DNA of 59,039 nucleotides, the filler included, from Jimgerdemannia flammicorona (taxonomy: Eukaryota), in assembly GCA_003990765.1 (NCBI GenBank). It is 3 parts of 3 records of this genome, joined end to end, with 100 filler letters (N's around TTAATTAATTAA, not from the genome) between each part and the next. Parts side by side here need not be neighbours in the genome. Positions count along the whole stretch, not along the records: positions 1 to 19,617 come from RBNJ01001897.1; positions 19,718 to 39,328 come from RBNJ01001898.1; 1 more part is not named here. One strand, written 5' to 3'. Position 1 is the stretch's first letter; each line of letters starts with the position of its first letter. A program made the translations under genes and the position numbers. Positions 12,633 through 26,300 of this stretch are shown one piece after another. The notes beneath the pieces are model-generated. The model was not told where the DNA came from. It did no database searches and saw only the letters and a list, made by a program, of their open reading frames with translations.

Positions 12633-14170
12633 TGTAACGGTGACCCCAGAATGATGACATCAGCACAGGAGACAGCCTTTCCTTGCAAGTCACCAGATTG
12701 GAGCACAAGAAGATTATATAGCATATGAGATGAGCAATAATGACCAACTGTGAGTCATCATGACCACAGTATAAGCATCCTGAAGAATATAAAAGAAGGA
12801 TCAAGGAACTGCAGTAGCAGCAATCAATAAGAACCACCAATCCCAAAATAGCTCAAAGACTTATCACAAATGAAATGCCTGCTACCTGCCAAATCTCAAG
12901 GTCAAGAAATCACTAAGGTATCTCGGTCAAGGAAAGAATGTTCCAAGACATCAGAAGAGCCATGGAGACCTGCTCAAGAAGGACTCCTAGCATCTACCTG
13001 GGTACTGCAGACCCTTATCACTTTATTCTCTACTGCTGTGAAATGGAAATAAGGATCACTATTGCTACCGAATGCCTCCAAATGTGGCAGGAGTATAAAA
13101 TAGGAAACCTCCTCTGCTGGGAGTTCCCAGAGGCCAGCACCCAAGAGCTATAAGATGCCACTCCCATGGATATACACGAAACGAGGACAGCTAAGAAGAT
13201 CTATAAGATCTTCAGGCATGCACCATGGTCAATCCCCAACTTAGAGTATGTTAGAGTCTCGGACTTCAGAGACCTATCATCCTGCCGAGTCAATGTGCTA
13301 GAAGTCAGAGTGGCTACAGAAGCCCAGTCCACTATCACCCTCAACAGTGAAGAAGTAGAAGACTTCTGGCACCCTATCTTTCAGGACAACCCAGATCAAT
13401 TCCTGCAAGGATTGATCTCAGTATTCCAAGGCCCAAGCATCTAGGTTAGATCTTCCCAAGACCCCACATTTGTTCCTTATTTTGTGGAAGAGAACTTCAT
13501 AGACTGGAGAGCTCCAGACCTTGTCCCCGATTTCCCCACTACAGCCAAATGTGATGATGTAATCGATGACATCATCCCGCATGACATACCTGAAGTATGC
13601 AAAATGTGCAACCTACATGATGAATTCGCAGATCTCATCTCCTTCAGTGATGATGATGATGAAGCCCCCATGATCCTGAACTTTCTGCTCTAAGTTCTTT
13701 GTTACACTGAATAATGCCAGCACCAGTATTCTCATGTAACACTGGATAATACCAGCACTGGTATTCTGAGGTAACGTGAAATTGTTCCAGCACCAGCATT
13801 TTGATGTGACACTAAATAATGCCAGCATTCTGAACCTATACAACCATCAATGCCAGCCCTGGAACTTAGTAGTTTTAGTTATTGGAATTTATATTTAGCT
13901 TTATATCTTAGCAACTATTGAATTATATTTTGTATAAATACCCCTCTTATTTCCTCTAAAATAAAGTCAGTCTTCTCAGTGTAATATACACACTTCCTTA
14001 CAAGCAATCTAAGAGATAACAAGATAGTTAAAGATAAGAAGTTTGAGGACTATAAGACCTTAGGAAGGCACTCCAATAAGAACTTGCTTATAACAACTTG
14101 AGTTAGTCTAAAAGATATACCTTGAAGAGAATCTGGCATATTTGAAGGACTCAGTGATCACTATATGACA
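12633..14170 (+). repeat. Putative long (~1.54 kb) 5' LTR containing a decayed ORF
   Basis: TG...CA ends, TATA-like tataaata ~13933 and PBS-like sequence directly downstream. The second LTR is not available for confirmation. Confidence 0.6.
12938..13693 (+). pseudogene. Accessory ORF of unknown function within the putative LTR
   Basis: ORFs 12938-13153, 13166-13444 and 13484-13693 are all in one frame, separated only by single TAA/TAG codons. Codon style resembles gag/pol. Probably extends upstream to ~12650. Confidence 0.65.
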
Positions 14171-14290
14171 ACTTGGTGCCCATTGGCTGGTGATTCAAGA
14201 TGAATCCCTCACTTTCAAGCTGAAAAATGAACAACCCTCACAACAACTACCCTGACTACAAGAGTCACCCCTGCAAGAATTCAAGACAAG

Positions 14291-15650
14291 ATGGAAATGT
14301 ATCCCCCCACATTCTATGGATATAATACTGAAGAGTCAATCCTGACCTTCATTGAAGACTTTGAACAATTTGCCACCATACAAGTCCTTGGTATGGATGC
14401 TCAATTGGCCCTTCTACCAGTCAGCCTTAGAGGACCTGCCAGAGACAAGTTCAATGCAGCCACCATTGCTGGTACTAATATAGTCAAACTTACCAACATG
14501 AAGACCTTCCTCAGAATAACATATTATACCGAAGAGATCAAGCAAGCTCTCAAGGATCAACTCAATACTATCTGTCAGAGACTTAGTGAAGATCCCAACT
14601 CATTCTATACCCAAATCTGCCACTAGATTATCTTGGCTGGCTATGATGATGCCCTCAAGGAACAAATAGCAGATTCAACCTTCCTCAAAGGAGTTCACCC
14701 TGAAATTGCCCTAGCAATCTGGTCTACCCCAGCTGCACTGACCCTTGATCAGAAAGTGGTCTTTGTACAGAGATATTGGACTACCAGATACCCTGCCGAA
14801 CACTTAATGGAGAAAATAACTGGCATCAAGATGGAGCCATCAAAGCCAACTAGTATCTTACCTGCCACAGTTGTAAACAGACAACCAACCCCACCTACCT
14901 CCAAGACAGCCAAAGCTGACCCAGTGGAGGAACTTGCCAAGCAGTTTGCCAAGATGACTGCACATCTTGGTGATGTTGTTAGAGAAGTCCGAAGTGCCAA
15001 CAGGAGACCAGTGCAGAGATTTGTAGCTGCTACAGAAGAACACAATATCACATGCTTCAGATGTGGAGAAGAAGGCTACTATACAAAGAGTTGCATGACC
15101 GAAACAAGACGCAAAGCCCAACTAAGCAATGCTAGCAGAACCAGAGAACAAACCAATGCAGTAGTCATCGAGGAGATTGGTGACACTGATGATGAAGAAT
15201 ACTACAAGGAACTCAAATTCTACCATGCTACTGAAGGTACCAGAACCCGGTCCAAGCCCTATGATAAGAAGAGCAATAGCAAGCCAAAGAAGACCCCAGC
15301 TATCACTATTCAAGGCAAGACCCAACCCGAGGAGATTGATCAAGACATGAAGTTAGATGAAGCTGCCTGCCAAATCATTGAAGGCACTACTCCAGTCTCA
15401 GGAGAAAGTGAAAGCAAGAAGGAACAGAAGCTGCATAAGACCAAGATCCACCAGTATGATATCTACAAGGACCTCAAGAAACAGAAGGTCAATGCTACTT
15501 TTGGACAGCTAGCTGAAGTCCCTGCCTTCAGACAGCAGTTGAGAGTAGGACTTGCAACTACTGCCAAGAATCAAGAGTACAAGATTGTAGAAGCTCACAA
15601 TGCACAGGAAGAATCCAAGAACTCAGGTGAAGAATCCAAAGACCAGCGCA
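14291..15650 (+). pseudogene. gag: gag of the dUTPase-bearing Ty3/gypsy element
   Basis: PPTFYG..E....FIEDFEQF..LRGPA capsid-like segment, CCHC-type knuckle near 15053, in-frame stop at 14624. Confidence 0.85.
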
Positions 15651-16387
15651 AGACATCAGCCTATACCCCCTGCCAGATCGAAGACTATATCTTTGATACC
15701 ATCATTGATACTGGTGCTGGAGGATGCCTCATGAGCAAGAAGACAATTGACTGCCTAGGTTGGAATATTGAAGAGTCCACCAAGATGGTCTATATCACAG
15801 CAGATGGTATATGAGCTACCCCCCTTGGCAAAATCCGAGAAGTCCCCATCAAGATAGGAGAAGCTACCATTCTAGTAGACATGATTGTTATAAGTGCCAC
15901 CAACTATGACATTCTTATTGGCAACCAATGGCTTCACAAGGCCAAGGCCATTATTGACCTCAATACCCAGAAAATGCAGATCAACTATAGAGAAAGAAAG
16001 GCACGAGTCTCTATCAATGTCCACAAAGGAGTCCTACCAGACATAGAGGAAGGAGATGAAGAAAACACAGAGGTCTTCATGCACTCGGTGAACAAGAACA
16101 AGAACAAGAATAAGAACAAGATACCCAAGCTCACAGATGAGCAGTGGTACAACAAGATCATTGATGGCTATACCCCTCAAGGAAGATGCCCCCATGGTAC
16201 TAGAATGTACTGCTCTGAACACCTGAATGACTGCTGGTCCTGTATCAGTAAAGTCAGGAAAATCCACCAACAGAAACATGAGCAAGAAGCCGCTGAAGCA
16301 AAAAGGAAAGCTGAAGAAGATGACCAGCCCCCAGAGCTTCAAGCTGACAGTGACAATGAGGAGGAACAAGAATCAGACATCACCCAG

Positions 16388-16792
16388 GTCAAGAAGTTTC
16401 ACCCTGAAGCCAAGATTCCAAAATACAAGACTGAAGGAGCCATAGGAATGGACCTTGCCAGCATTCAAGATGCTATCCTTGAACTACAGACCACCACCCT
16501 ACTTGGCACTGGAATTGGAATCAAGTTATCAGAAAACCATGCCGGAATTATCAAGACTAGGAGCAGTCTGGCCAAAAGCGAAATCTCAGTTGAAGGAGGA
16601 GTAATTGACCCTGATTACACTGGCAAGATTTTCCTCATAGTCAGAAATCACAACCACACCACCTCCTTCGAAGTCAAGAAGCATGACAGAATTGGCCAGA
16701 TGCTGATCCATGAAGTCAAGAAGCCCAAGATCATAGAAGCCATTGAACTCATCAAGACCAAGAGAGGAGAACAAGGCTTTGGATCTACTGGA
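16388..16792 (+). CDS. dut: dUTPase domain in the retrotransposon polyprotein
   Basis: All five motifs present: AIGMDL, RSSLA, GGVIDPDYTG, DRIGQML, RGEQGFGSTG. Confidence 0.93.
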
Positions 16793-16949
16793 AGAGGAGC
16801 CTATGCTGCCACCAAGATTACCAAACTTGAGCACAAAAAAGACAAGGACCAGAACAAGCACACATATACCATTGGAGAAAACTTTCCCCTGGAGGAATAA
16901 CTTCTCAAGATCCTGCACCAGAACAAAGGAGTACTCACTACAGACTTTA

Positions 16950-19100
16950 GAGATATCCACAATCAAGAACCCAAGTACTACCATGAAGTTGACACTGGTG
17001 ATACCAAACCTATCTACCAGAAAGCCAGACCCATACCACCTGCCTACAGAGAGTAGCTGTGAGCAGAACTCAAGGAAATAAAAGAAGCCGGAATCATCAA
17101 GCAAGCTATCAGTCCCTGGGCCTCACCCATTTTTCTAGCTCCGAAGAAAGGAAGTAAGCCTGGAGAGTTTGCACCAAGACTCTGCATTGACTACAGGAAA
17201 CTCAATGCCATTACCAAGAAGGATAGGCAGCTCTTGCTGAATATTCAAGAAATCCTTACCACCCTTGGAAGTGAAGCCAAATACTACACTACCTTGGATC
17301 TGTTCTCAGGCTTCCATCAGATCAGTCTCACTCAAGATGTCAGTGAGAAATCAGCCTTCATCATACCTGACACCACCTATATCTACTTGTAAATGCCATT
17401 TGGAATGTGCAATGCCCCAGCAAGTTTCCAGTGAATGATGAACAGAGTCTTCAGCAACGAGATTGGAAAATGGCTCTTTGTCTATGTTGATGATATGATC
17501 ATCTTCAGCAACACAGCATGGGAACATATCAATCACATCCAGCTAGCCCTCAGGAGGCTCAAGAAGTATGGCCTCTACATCAAGCCCAAGAAATGCAAGT
17601 TTGCAGCTCAGGAAATCACCTATCTAGAACACCTCATTAACCAGACCAGAATCCACACAGACCTCATGAAGATTGAGGCTGTTGCGGTCTACCCAAGACC
17701 CAGAACAACCACAGAAGTTCATGCCTTCCTTGGACTGGCCAGCTACTACAGGAGATTCATCAAAGGATACTCCAACATTGCAGCTCCTATCTATGAGCTA
17801 CTGAAGAAGGAGACCAAATTTGAATGGACCAAAGAGCACCAAGAAACCTTCAATGAACTCAAGACCAGATTGACCCAAGCACCCATCCTCAGAAGACCAG
17901 ACTGGAATCTAGAATTCATTCTGCAGACAGATGTGAGTGCTATAGGACTTGGGGCAGTCCTAGCTCAGAAGAAAGATGGACATGAATATGTCATCTCCTA
18001 TGCAAGCCAAGGTACCCGTGGAGCAGAACAGAACTACGAGTCATGCAAGCTTGAATGCTTAGCAGTAGTCTGGGCAGTAGACAAGTTCCACTACTACCTA
18101 GCTGGAAAATACTTCACCATTCAAACAGACCATTCCGCTCTTGCCTGGCTATTCCACACTCTGAACCCCAAAGAAATATATGCCAGATAGATCTACAAGC
18201 TGCAAGAGTATAACTGTACTATCAAGCACCACTCAGGAAAGACCAACACCAATGCCGATACACTCTCAAGAACACCCTGAAACACCCCCATCAAGACTAT
18301 TTAACATGAATAAGGAGCTATACTATGGATTAATCAGCTACCTTGGGCAGCGGAAGATGTCCAACCACCTCGAACCCTGGACAATCACCATTATTAACTG
18401 GACTTGGAAACAGTTTGAATTAGACAACACTACACTCAGAAAAGGAGGAAAGCTAGTAATACCCGAACACAAGAAGTATCAAGTAATGAAGGAAGTACAC
18501 AAGCAAGGATACTTAGGAGGAACTAACACATACAACAAGACAAGAAGAACCATGTAGTGGCCCAAGATGGAAGAAGACCTGCGCCAATTTGTCAAAGAGT
18601 ATGACAAGTACCAAAAACAGAAACAAGATCAGCAAGACCAGGCATCCGGGTCATCAAGAATTGAGCCTATCCTCTTCTACCACATCGCAATGGATATCAT
18701 TGGACTACTACCAGTAATACTATATTATAGTTATTATAGACCTCTTCACCAAATAGATAGAGGCAGGAGTATTACAAGAAGTCAATGCCCTCTCTATAGC
18801 CAACTTCCTGTACCGAGAAATCATCTACTGCTACAAGACACCAAAGCAAATCACAACAGACTGGAACAGAATTTGTCAATGGATTCCATGAGATAATGTA
18901 TCAGAAATACAAGATCCAGCATATCAAGACCACTGTGTACCACTCTCAAGAAAATGGACAGACAGAGAGAACCAACAAGACCCTCAAGAACATCCTAGCG
19001 AAGATCTCAGAGATATATGAGAATTGAGATAACTATCTCTCAACTGTCCTCTCTGTTCTACGAGACATATGGTCACAGAGTACACATTTTACCCCAAGAG
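16950..19100 (+). pseudogene. pol: pol (RT, RNase H, integrase) with stops and frameshifts
   Basis: ORF 17435-18190 contains YVDD and RNase H. Integrase fragments lie at 18300-19100. Confidence 0.9.
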
Positions 19101-19617
19101 AGCTGCTCTTCAGAGAAGAAGATTCTAATGGAACCTCAGCCACAAATCTAGACTTAACTTGGAGACAGGTTGTAAGAGAGTTACTTTTTAGGGTGACTAT
19201 TACGTAGTTCTGGAAGGGTTTTCTGAATAGTCTGGATGTTCTGGAAGACCGTTTTCTTATAGTCAAGATCAATTTCGTATGGAGTACGTCCTCTACGCTT
19301 ATTGATTTCAAGATCGGGTTGATGTCTCAACCAAAGTCCTTTTTCGGACTAGTTCTGGATGTTCAGGATTTTCCGTATTTCAGGAAGTTCAAGAAACTAA
19401 GACCAGCTTAGTTGAATTGGCGTATCGCTGCAGACAATACCCAATTAGGAAATTTCGTGACGGGGTTAGGAGTGGACCTAACAGAGAGCAGATTTACTTA
19501 AGAGTGGTTTGTGGGTTATGAAATAGGTTTATTCGCTATTCATGATATTGCTATACTAGGAGTATTTGTGTGAAGGGGTATTGTGGGGAAGTATTCAGGA
19601 ATGTTCTTGTCTGTTCG

Positions 19618-19717
19618 NNNNNNNNNNNNNNNNNNNNNNNNNNNNNNNNNNNNNNNNNNNNTTAATTAATTAANNNNNNNNNNNNNNNNNNNNNNNNNNN
19701 NNNNNNNNNNNNNNNNN
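19618..19717. other. Artificial contig linker (N run with ttaattaattaa six-frame stop spacer)
   Basis: Identical 100-nt N-ttaattaattaa-N block occurs twice in the window. Confidence 0.95.
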
Positions 19718-20362
19718 TAATGGACTCTAAGTCCTGCAGATTTTTATTAGAAGAGAACCTAGACTATATAGGCCAAAACCCTCCCCCACCCCCCTCTGAA
19801 CACTGTATATCTATTAACCTAGGCTTGCTATTGTCCAGCAGCTCTATCATATCAGGTACAGCAGGGCTGTTGTAGCCTGTACCTCATTCTGCATACCATG
19901 CTCTCTCTATTATCAAGAGAAAAATAACCATATGCCAACAACTGAAAGTATATACCCAAAACCCCAATATATATATGTACAAGACCATACCAGAACTAGA
20001 TAACAAAGTTCCTGTTACCTCAAATAGTATAATAGGCAAAGAAAAACTCTCCAAAAGATATAGAATAGTGGGTAGGACCTAGTTCTCTCTAATAGAGTGA
20101 GTGAAGAACTTATATATAAGGTAAGAGAAGACTCCCAATATCCCACTACTCAAGTCTGTGGGCTTTGATCATATAACTACATCAGCTTTTAGTTTCAGTT
20201 AAGTATAGTCTAAATGTCTAATCCAGATAGTCTCAGGCTCTCTAATAACCTCAAATGACTGAGGCTCAATCTCACATATCACTAAGAGTTACTAAAAGTA
20301 ATACCTACTACCTAACCACTCTGCATCAATCAGAAGACCCCACTGATGTAGTATCTGCCCTA

Positions 20363-20397
<35 letters not shown>

Positions 20398-23300
20398 GTC
20401 ACTTAGACTCTGCTATTTATTACCATCTATTAATAATTTTACAGTTTACCCTCTCACTACCCGATCCCTATAAGAGTACCACTCTGCCTATTCACATAAA
20501 CAAAAACCACTTTCGCACCTATAACCCCAACCCTCCTCCCACTCTGTCTACAGATTTGTTCTACCAAATGACACCTTTGACCCCCTTTCAACCCCCAACC
20601 CAGCCACTAGTCCATCAAGGTATCTTCCATAAGGCTATACCACCTCAACAGCCTGACCTCAGAGCCAAGTTTCCTCTCATTCTCAAATACAAATAGCTAG
20701 TAACTGGTCAGCCCCACCCAAATGGCCAACACCCATCCTAACATCAGCCATTCCTTCCCCACCCCCCCCTTCAGTCTACTCCTTAAGTCCTCCCATTGCC
20801 CCCGCACATCAGCTCTCCTATGCACCACTCCCAGATGATCCCCAATGTTCTGCCAAAAGGAACTAAGTACCTCACACTCTCCTAGCCAATATTCAGGCAT
20901 CTGTACATATCCCCCTTCCTGCCCCACATTATAACACTCTTCACAGTTGAAGCAGTCTCCCTCAATAAGGTGACCAGAGTGGAAGTTGAGCATGACATTT
21001 CACCTCAGCACATGCCACCAGACCACCCAGTACTTCGGTGGCAACCACCTCCTTACCTTGGCACTCCAGGCCCATATGTAATACCAGTTCCACTCCTTAC
21101 TGATTCCTACACCCTGCCAACTACTAGGCCACAAATCCTGGCCTAGTCCCTATTGACATTTGATCCTATCACCAATGTCAAACTCAAGTAAGGGAATGCC
21201 ACCTAGTAGCACTTGGTCCCATCTCCATATCACCTGGTCCCAAGCCTCCTCCCCTTCATTTCCCTGCCACCTAATCCCAATGCAGCATACTCCCTCTGCC
21301 ACTCCCCACCAGAAGTCTTTGTACTGTAATTGCCCAGAGTTCTGAAGGCCCATAAGTGCTAGGAGATCACCTGTCAAACCTCTTAGAGAGGACCTCATCT
21401 CCCAGACTTTCTGCAGCAGAAGAACCCAACCACCCCCTCTCAACTCCACTGCTCTCTTCAGCCACCAAGCTCTCAAGCAGTGCAGCCTCCTAGAAAAGTC
21501 AACCAGCCCAAGTCCCCCACTTGCCACTGGTAAGGACAAGACCTCCCAGTTGATCTGACTCCACCTTCTAGCCCAGATCCACCTCTTGGCCAGCTTCATC
21601 AATCGCTTCACCATCCAAGCTGGGAAGTCCAGATGATAAGCCAGATACCATACCTTTGGCAGCCAATAGATATTCAGAATTGAAATGCAACCCACCAGAG
21701 ACAATTGACAGCCCCCCCAACTCCTCAGGGCCTCCTCCCAAATGCCAACCCACTGCTCCCACCAAAGTCTGGGCAGAACCAACCCATATACTGACAGATA
21801 GATATCCAAGTACTGTACCGCCTCACCAGCAGGGACAATTGTACCAATAATCTCTCCGCCCATGAGACCATTGCCTAACACCATTGTTTCACACTTATGC
21901 CAATTAAACCTAGCCCCAGAGTTCACCTCATACCACTCCACTGTCTTCTTGAGCTCCTCAACATCCGCAACTGATCCCAGACCAACCACCATGTTATCTG
22001 CAAATGCTCCTACTTTTCACCCAATGCCAAAGATAGAGAGCCCCACTATCTTCTGCCTTATTCTGTCCATGAAGGGCTCTAGAGACAAAGCATACAAAAT
22101 GGGGGACAGTGGGTCCCCCTGGGACACCCCCCTACCCAGGGGAAATGCTACCCCTCCATGTTCATTACACATGAGTGCTGCTCTACTTCCTTCCAGTAGG
22201 CTGACCATGGTGGTCCTGAACTGTCACAGGACCTCAATCCTATCCAAAACTTTTGCCAACCAGACCCATCACACTCAGTCATAGGCCTTCTCCTGGTCCA
22301 AAAAGACCAGACGCCCATCCAGTCCACTGGCTCACGCCCCTTCAATAACACCATGTACCCATGCTGTACCATCCCTGATGAGCTGGCCTCCAACAAAGCC
22401 CCACTGCTCCTCACCCAAGACTTGCTGGGCCACCTTTTGCAACCTTGTGACCACCACTTTGGCTACCAACTTTCTGTCTATATCCAGTAGCATAATCAGC
22501 CTCCAGTTCTTCCAGTCCTCTCGGCATCCTTTGTTCTTATAAAGCAATGTCACCAACTCTAGATCCTGTTCTCCCACCCATCTCCCCATCTGTAGAATCC
22601 AGTCACACAGTGCCCTCATCTCTCCCACTATTCCAGGGACTCCCACCATCCTTTTCCAGAAGTCCCAGGGCAGACCATCCTCTCTAGGCACCGTATCTAA
22701 GGTTGTCATGGCAAGAACCTGGTGGATCTCCTCCTCTAGCACTGGCTGTACTAAGTCATCCAACCCAGCTACTCGGGTAGGGTGCCAATCCTCCAAGGCT
22801 TGATCAATGTCCTCAGCACCTGCCCCACCCTCCTCCTCACTCCACAATCCACTCCAATGCTCCTTTAATGAGCCAAGAATATCTTGCACCCCATGCACCA
22901 ATGAGTCCTCAGCATTAAGCACCCCCTCCTACCATTGCTGTACTCTTCTCACCTGAAGGGCCCTTGTAAGGAACTTCGAGAGCTGCTCTCCTTTCTCCAG
23001 CCCCTGCCAATGAAGCCATGCTGCCAGACCCTGGACCCTAGCCTCCTCCTCATTCCGCAGCACCTGTTGTAGTTCAGCCACCTCTATTTATAACCTTATT
23101 GAATGCCAGTCTGCCTCTCCCTCCAATGTTGCCAGCCTTGCCCAGTCCTCCAAGAGTCTAGACAGTCTACAAGATGCCCACTGCACCCACTGCCTCCTCT
23201 GTCTCTCTGCCTCCATACCAGCCTCACTCCAAAAGGCCCTGGTCATCTCCTTCATCCTCATCCACCAAATATTGACTGTGACACCTTCCTGCCTCCAGCA

Positions 23301-26300
23301 CTCCACCTGTATTTGAATGACTTCAGCCCATTTACTCCACCGGATCTCATCATCTAGTAGGGAGGAATTGAGACACCAATGTCCAGGCCCATCCCCACTC
23401 CCCCCAAAATGTCCCTGCTCCAAAAGCCCCCAATGATCCGACCAAGGACACCATTCCACCTCCAGCGACTTCCAAACATCCAGGCCCCAGCAGCTGGCCA
23501 TCAGAATTCAGTCAATCCTTGTCCCCAGGCCCCTGGCCCAGTGTGTGTACACCTTCCTATTCCTCCAGCATTCCCTACCCATATCCACCAGAGCACTAAG
23601 TCTTTCTACTTCCTCCTATGCTGCCAGTCCTCCACTCTGCCCCACAGCACCTTATCCTCCATCAGTTCTATCCCTCAATACATATGTCTCGGACCATATT
23701 GAAGTCCCCATCCAGCACATCTACTCCAACCTCTGCAAGAATCCCACTCTCTTGTAGGCCCGTCACCCAGGTCACCTGCTCGCCCCATACCACAGGGCAG
23801 TAACAGGAGCCCACCATGACTGGCTCCCAACCTGTATATATCCACTCTCTTCAGACCAATCTATCCCCCCAGCTCTGCACATCCTGTATCTCCCCTCTGC
23901 CCTTCCGCACCAGAATTCCAACCTTGCCCTTCCAAACTGTCTCACCTCCCCACTCCTTCATCCATTCCAGTCTATTCAAGTCATCCTCACACCAGACATC
24001 CTGCAAGAGGAAGAGATCAGCCTCCAATCCCTTCAGCCAAGTAAAAATGTTCTTATGTCAACAAGCACCCCATAACCCATTCACATTCAAAGAAAAAATG
24101 TTGGTTGTACTATTCATAAGAGAAATCATATAGTTTCAGATGTGTCCTCTACTGCTCCATGTCCACTTCCTCCTGTGCCCTGTCCAGGTTGCACTCAGTA
24201 GTAGCTTCAGCTTCCTCGATCCTCTTAGCCTCCAATTCAGCCAGAATTTCAGCCATCTCCCCATCCTCCTTTTCCTCAAACTCCTCATGGTACTCCAAAC
24301 AAGCCTCCTGCTAGAGCTGCAGCCCATGCCTCTTAGTCCAACAGTGGGCAGCCCACTCACCTGCTACAATTGCCAGCACAGCTTCCCTCTCCTTATCTAC
24401 CTCATACCCCTCCTCCTCCAAGTAGACTGCCAGAATCTCTGCCTTCAATGCCGCCTCCACTCCATCACCTTGCAGGATCCTTGCCCAATGCTCATCGCTC
24501 ATCACTTGAAGGTCAACTTCCCCCAGCTCTTCTACTGCCAAGTTATTCATCATCCCACCTCCTTCTCTCCTGGGGTCACTGGTCTCTCTCCATCCAACAT
24601 TGTAGTATTAGCCCCCACACTTGCTGACTCATTCCATCCCTCCTCCAGAACATCAACCAATTCCTCTTCCCCAGCCACCTCTACCAATCCCCCCTTCTCT
24701 ACATTTGGGACTCCAAAGTGCACCTGCTGAGTACTGCACATCGGCACATCCTCTACCTCCCTACCTCTTGCCACTGGACCCCTTCTGATAAGGGGAGAGG
24801 GTGAAGATGAACCCTCCCAGGTTTCCTCCCAAACCTCTAGTATGCCATCTTCATATGGGTTCTTGCTCAGCATCTTTATGACCTCCACCTGCCCCCTCTC
24901 CTCATTCCTTCCACTACTAGCAGCCCAGACACTCACCTCAGCACCTCCGGTAGTCACACTGTCGCCTGCCTTTCTTATCACCTCTGCCCCCATTTTTGCC
25001 AACAATTTCCTCTGCCTTCGACACCCTTGGGACCTCTCCCAAACCTCCTTGTTGATGCAGACTCACTTTCCTCCAACCACCTCAAGATGTATTGCCACCT
25101 CAAATGCTTTCCATGCCTTTGCCCTCCTCTCAACCACCCCACTCAGCTCCTCCAGCACCTCTAGCAAATCCTCCTCCTCCTCCTCGCTCCTCTTTACTCT
25201 CGTCACCTTGCACAAGATAGCCCCCCACATCATCACTGAGGGCCAGTTCCGAGCCTTCCCAGTAGCCTCCCACCCAGCCAGCTGAATTCTGATGTCAACA
25301 TCCCCTGTCTGGAGAGAGGTTCCTTCCCACACCCTGAACCCAATATCAACTACCTCTCCATACTCTGCCATAATCTCCTCGACTCTCTTCCTTGTCTCTA
25401 TAGCAGTAACAGTGGGAACTCCTTTTACCAGAAGTTGCACTACTCTTGGGTCCCACTGCAGGCATCTCACCATTGGTATGCATACTTCACCCACTTTCAT
25501 CCCAGCCTTCAAAGCTCCTCTAGTGGCCCAGCCTCCTCAAATCCCACCTCCACCCCTTCTAGGCCCTTCAGGAACTTAACTGATGCCGCCCCACTCATCT
25601 GCTTCACAATCAGCCTCAGAACCATTTTGGCCATCACTGCCAAGCCCTGGAAACACATTGTGACTACAAATTCCGAGATTGACTTCTTGAGTAACGGAGC
25701 CACCGCCAGTCCTGTTACACCATCCACCAGGTCCCCAGGCCTCATGCCCTTCCCACTGCTCAGCTCACTATCAGCAGTCCCATCTAGATTTTTCTCCAGA
25801 TTGCCCATCACACCCCCATCAGCAGTCCCCACCCCAGCTGCTACCCCCCCAGCTCCACCCCTATGGCCCTCCAGAGAGGTACCCCCAAGAGGTTGTTGCT
25901 TGGTAGCTCTCACTGGTGCCTTCTCCCCCCTCAGCCAGCTCTCCAGTCCAGCTCTCTGCTGACCCCCCTTCACCTTCTCTGCAAAGCTTGCTCTGCCAGA
26001 CCCTTGACTGCCAGCTCCACCCCTTCCTCCACCACAGCCTCCTGCCAGCAGGCCTCTCATGCTTCCCCCCAAGCCAGGGCCTCTCCCCACTTGCTGCCAT
26101 TCAAACACTCCAGGGCCACCCTGCCCAGTACGTACCTCAGGAATCTTGTTGGTCACTATGATACTAGTAGCTTGTCTCCAGAAACTGTGTTGAAAGTATT
26201 GCCAAAAGATTGTGTAACCTGAATGTTACCAGAGAAAGGTGATCTGCCCTAGCTCTAATAACTATCACTAGTTTAATATCTAACTAGTCTACTGTAATTG

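Larger units (their letters stand above)
12633..19150 (+). mobile_element. Ty3/gypsy LTR retrotransposon with dUTPase (gag-PR-dUTPase-RT-RH-IN), inactivated by stops; 3' end not present
   Basis: Putative LTR tgtaac(12633)...tgaca(14170) followed by PBS-like ttggtgcccattgg. Gag knuckle CFRCGEEGYYTKSC, protease IIDTGAG, RT SPWASP/LCIDYRKLN/YVDD, RNase H LQTDVS..GLGAVL..ECLAVVWA..TDH, integrase IAMDIIG..NGQTERTN. Confidence 0.93.

Noticed and set aside
19618..19717. ttaattaattaa palindrome within N runs (also 39329-39428) as a biological site
   Set aside because: Identical engineered spacer with stops in six frames. Adjacency across it is not guaranteed.
21862..26222. Numerous plus-strand ORFs over the LINE
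   Set aside because: Antisense shadows of LINE ORF1/ORF2.
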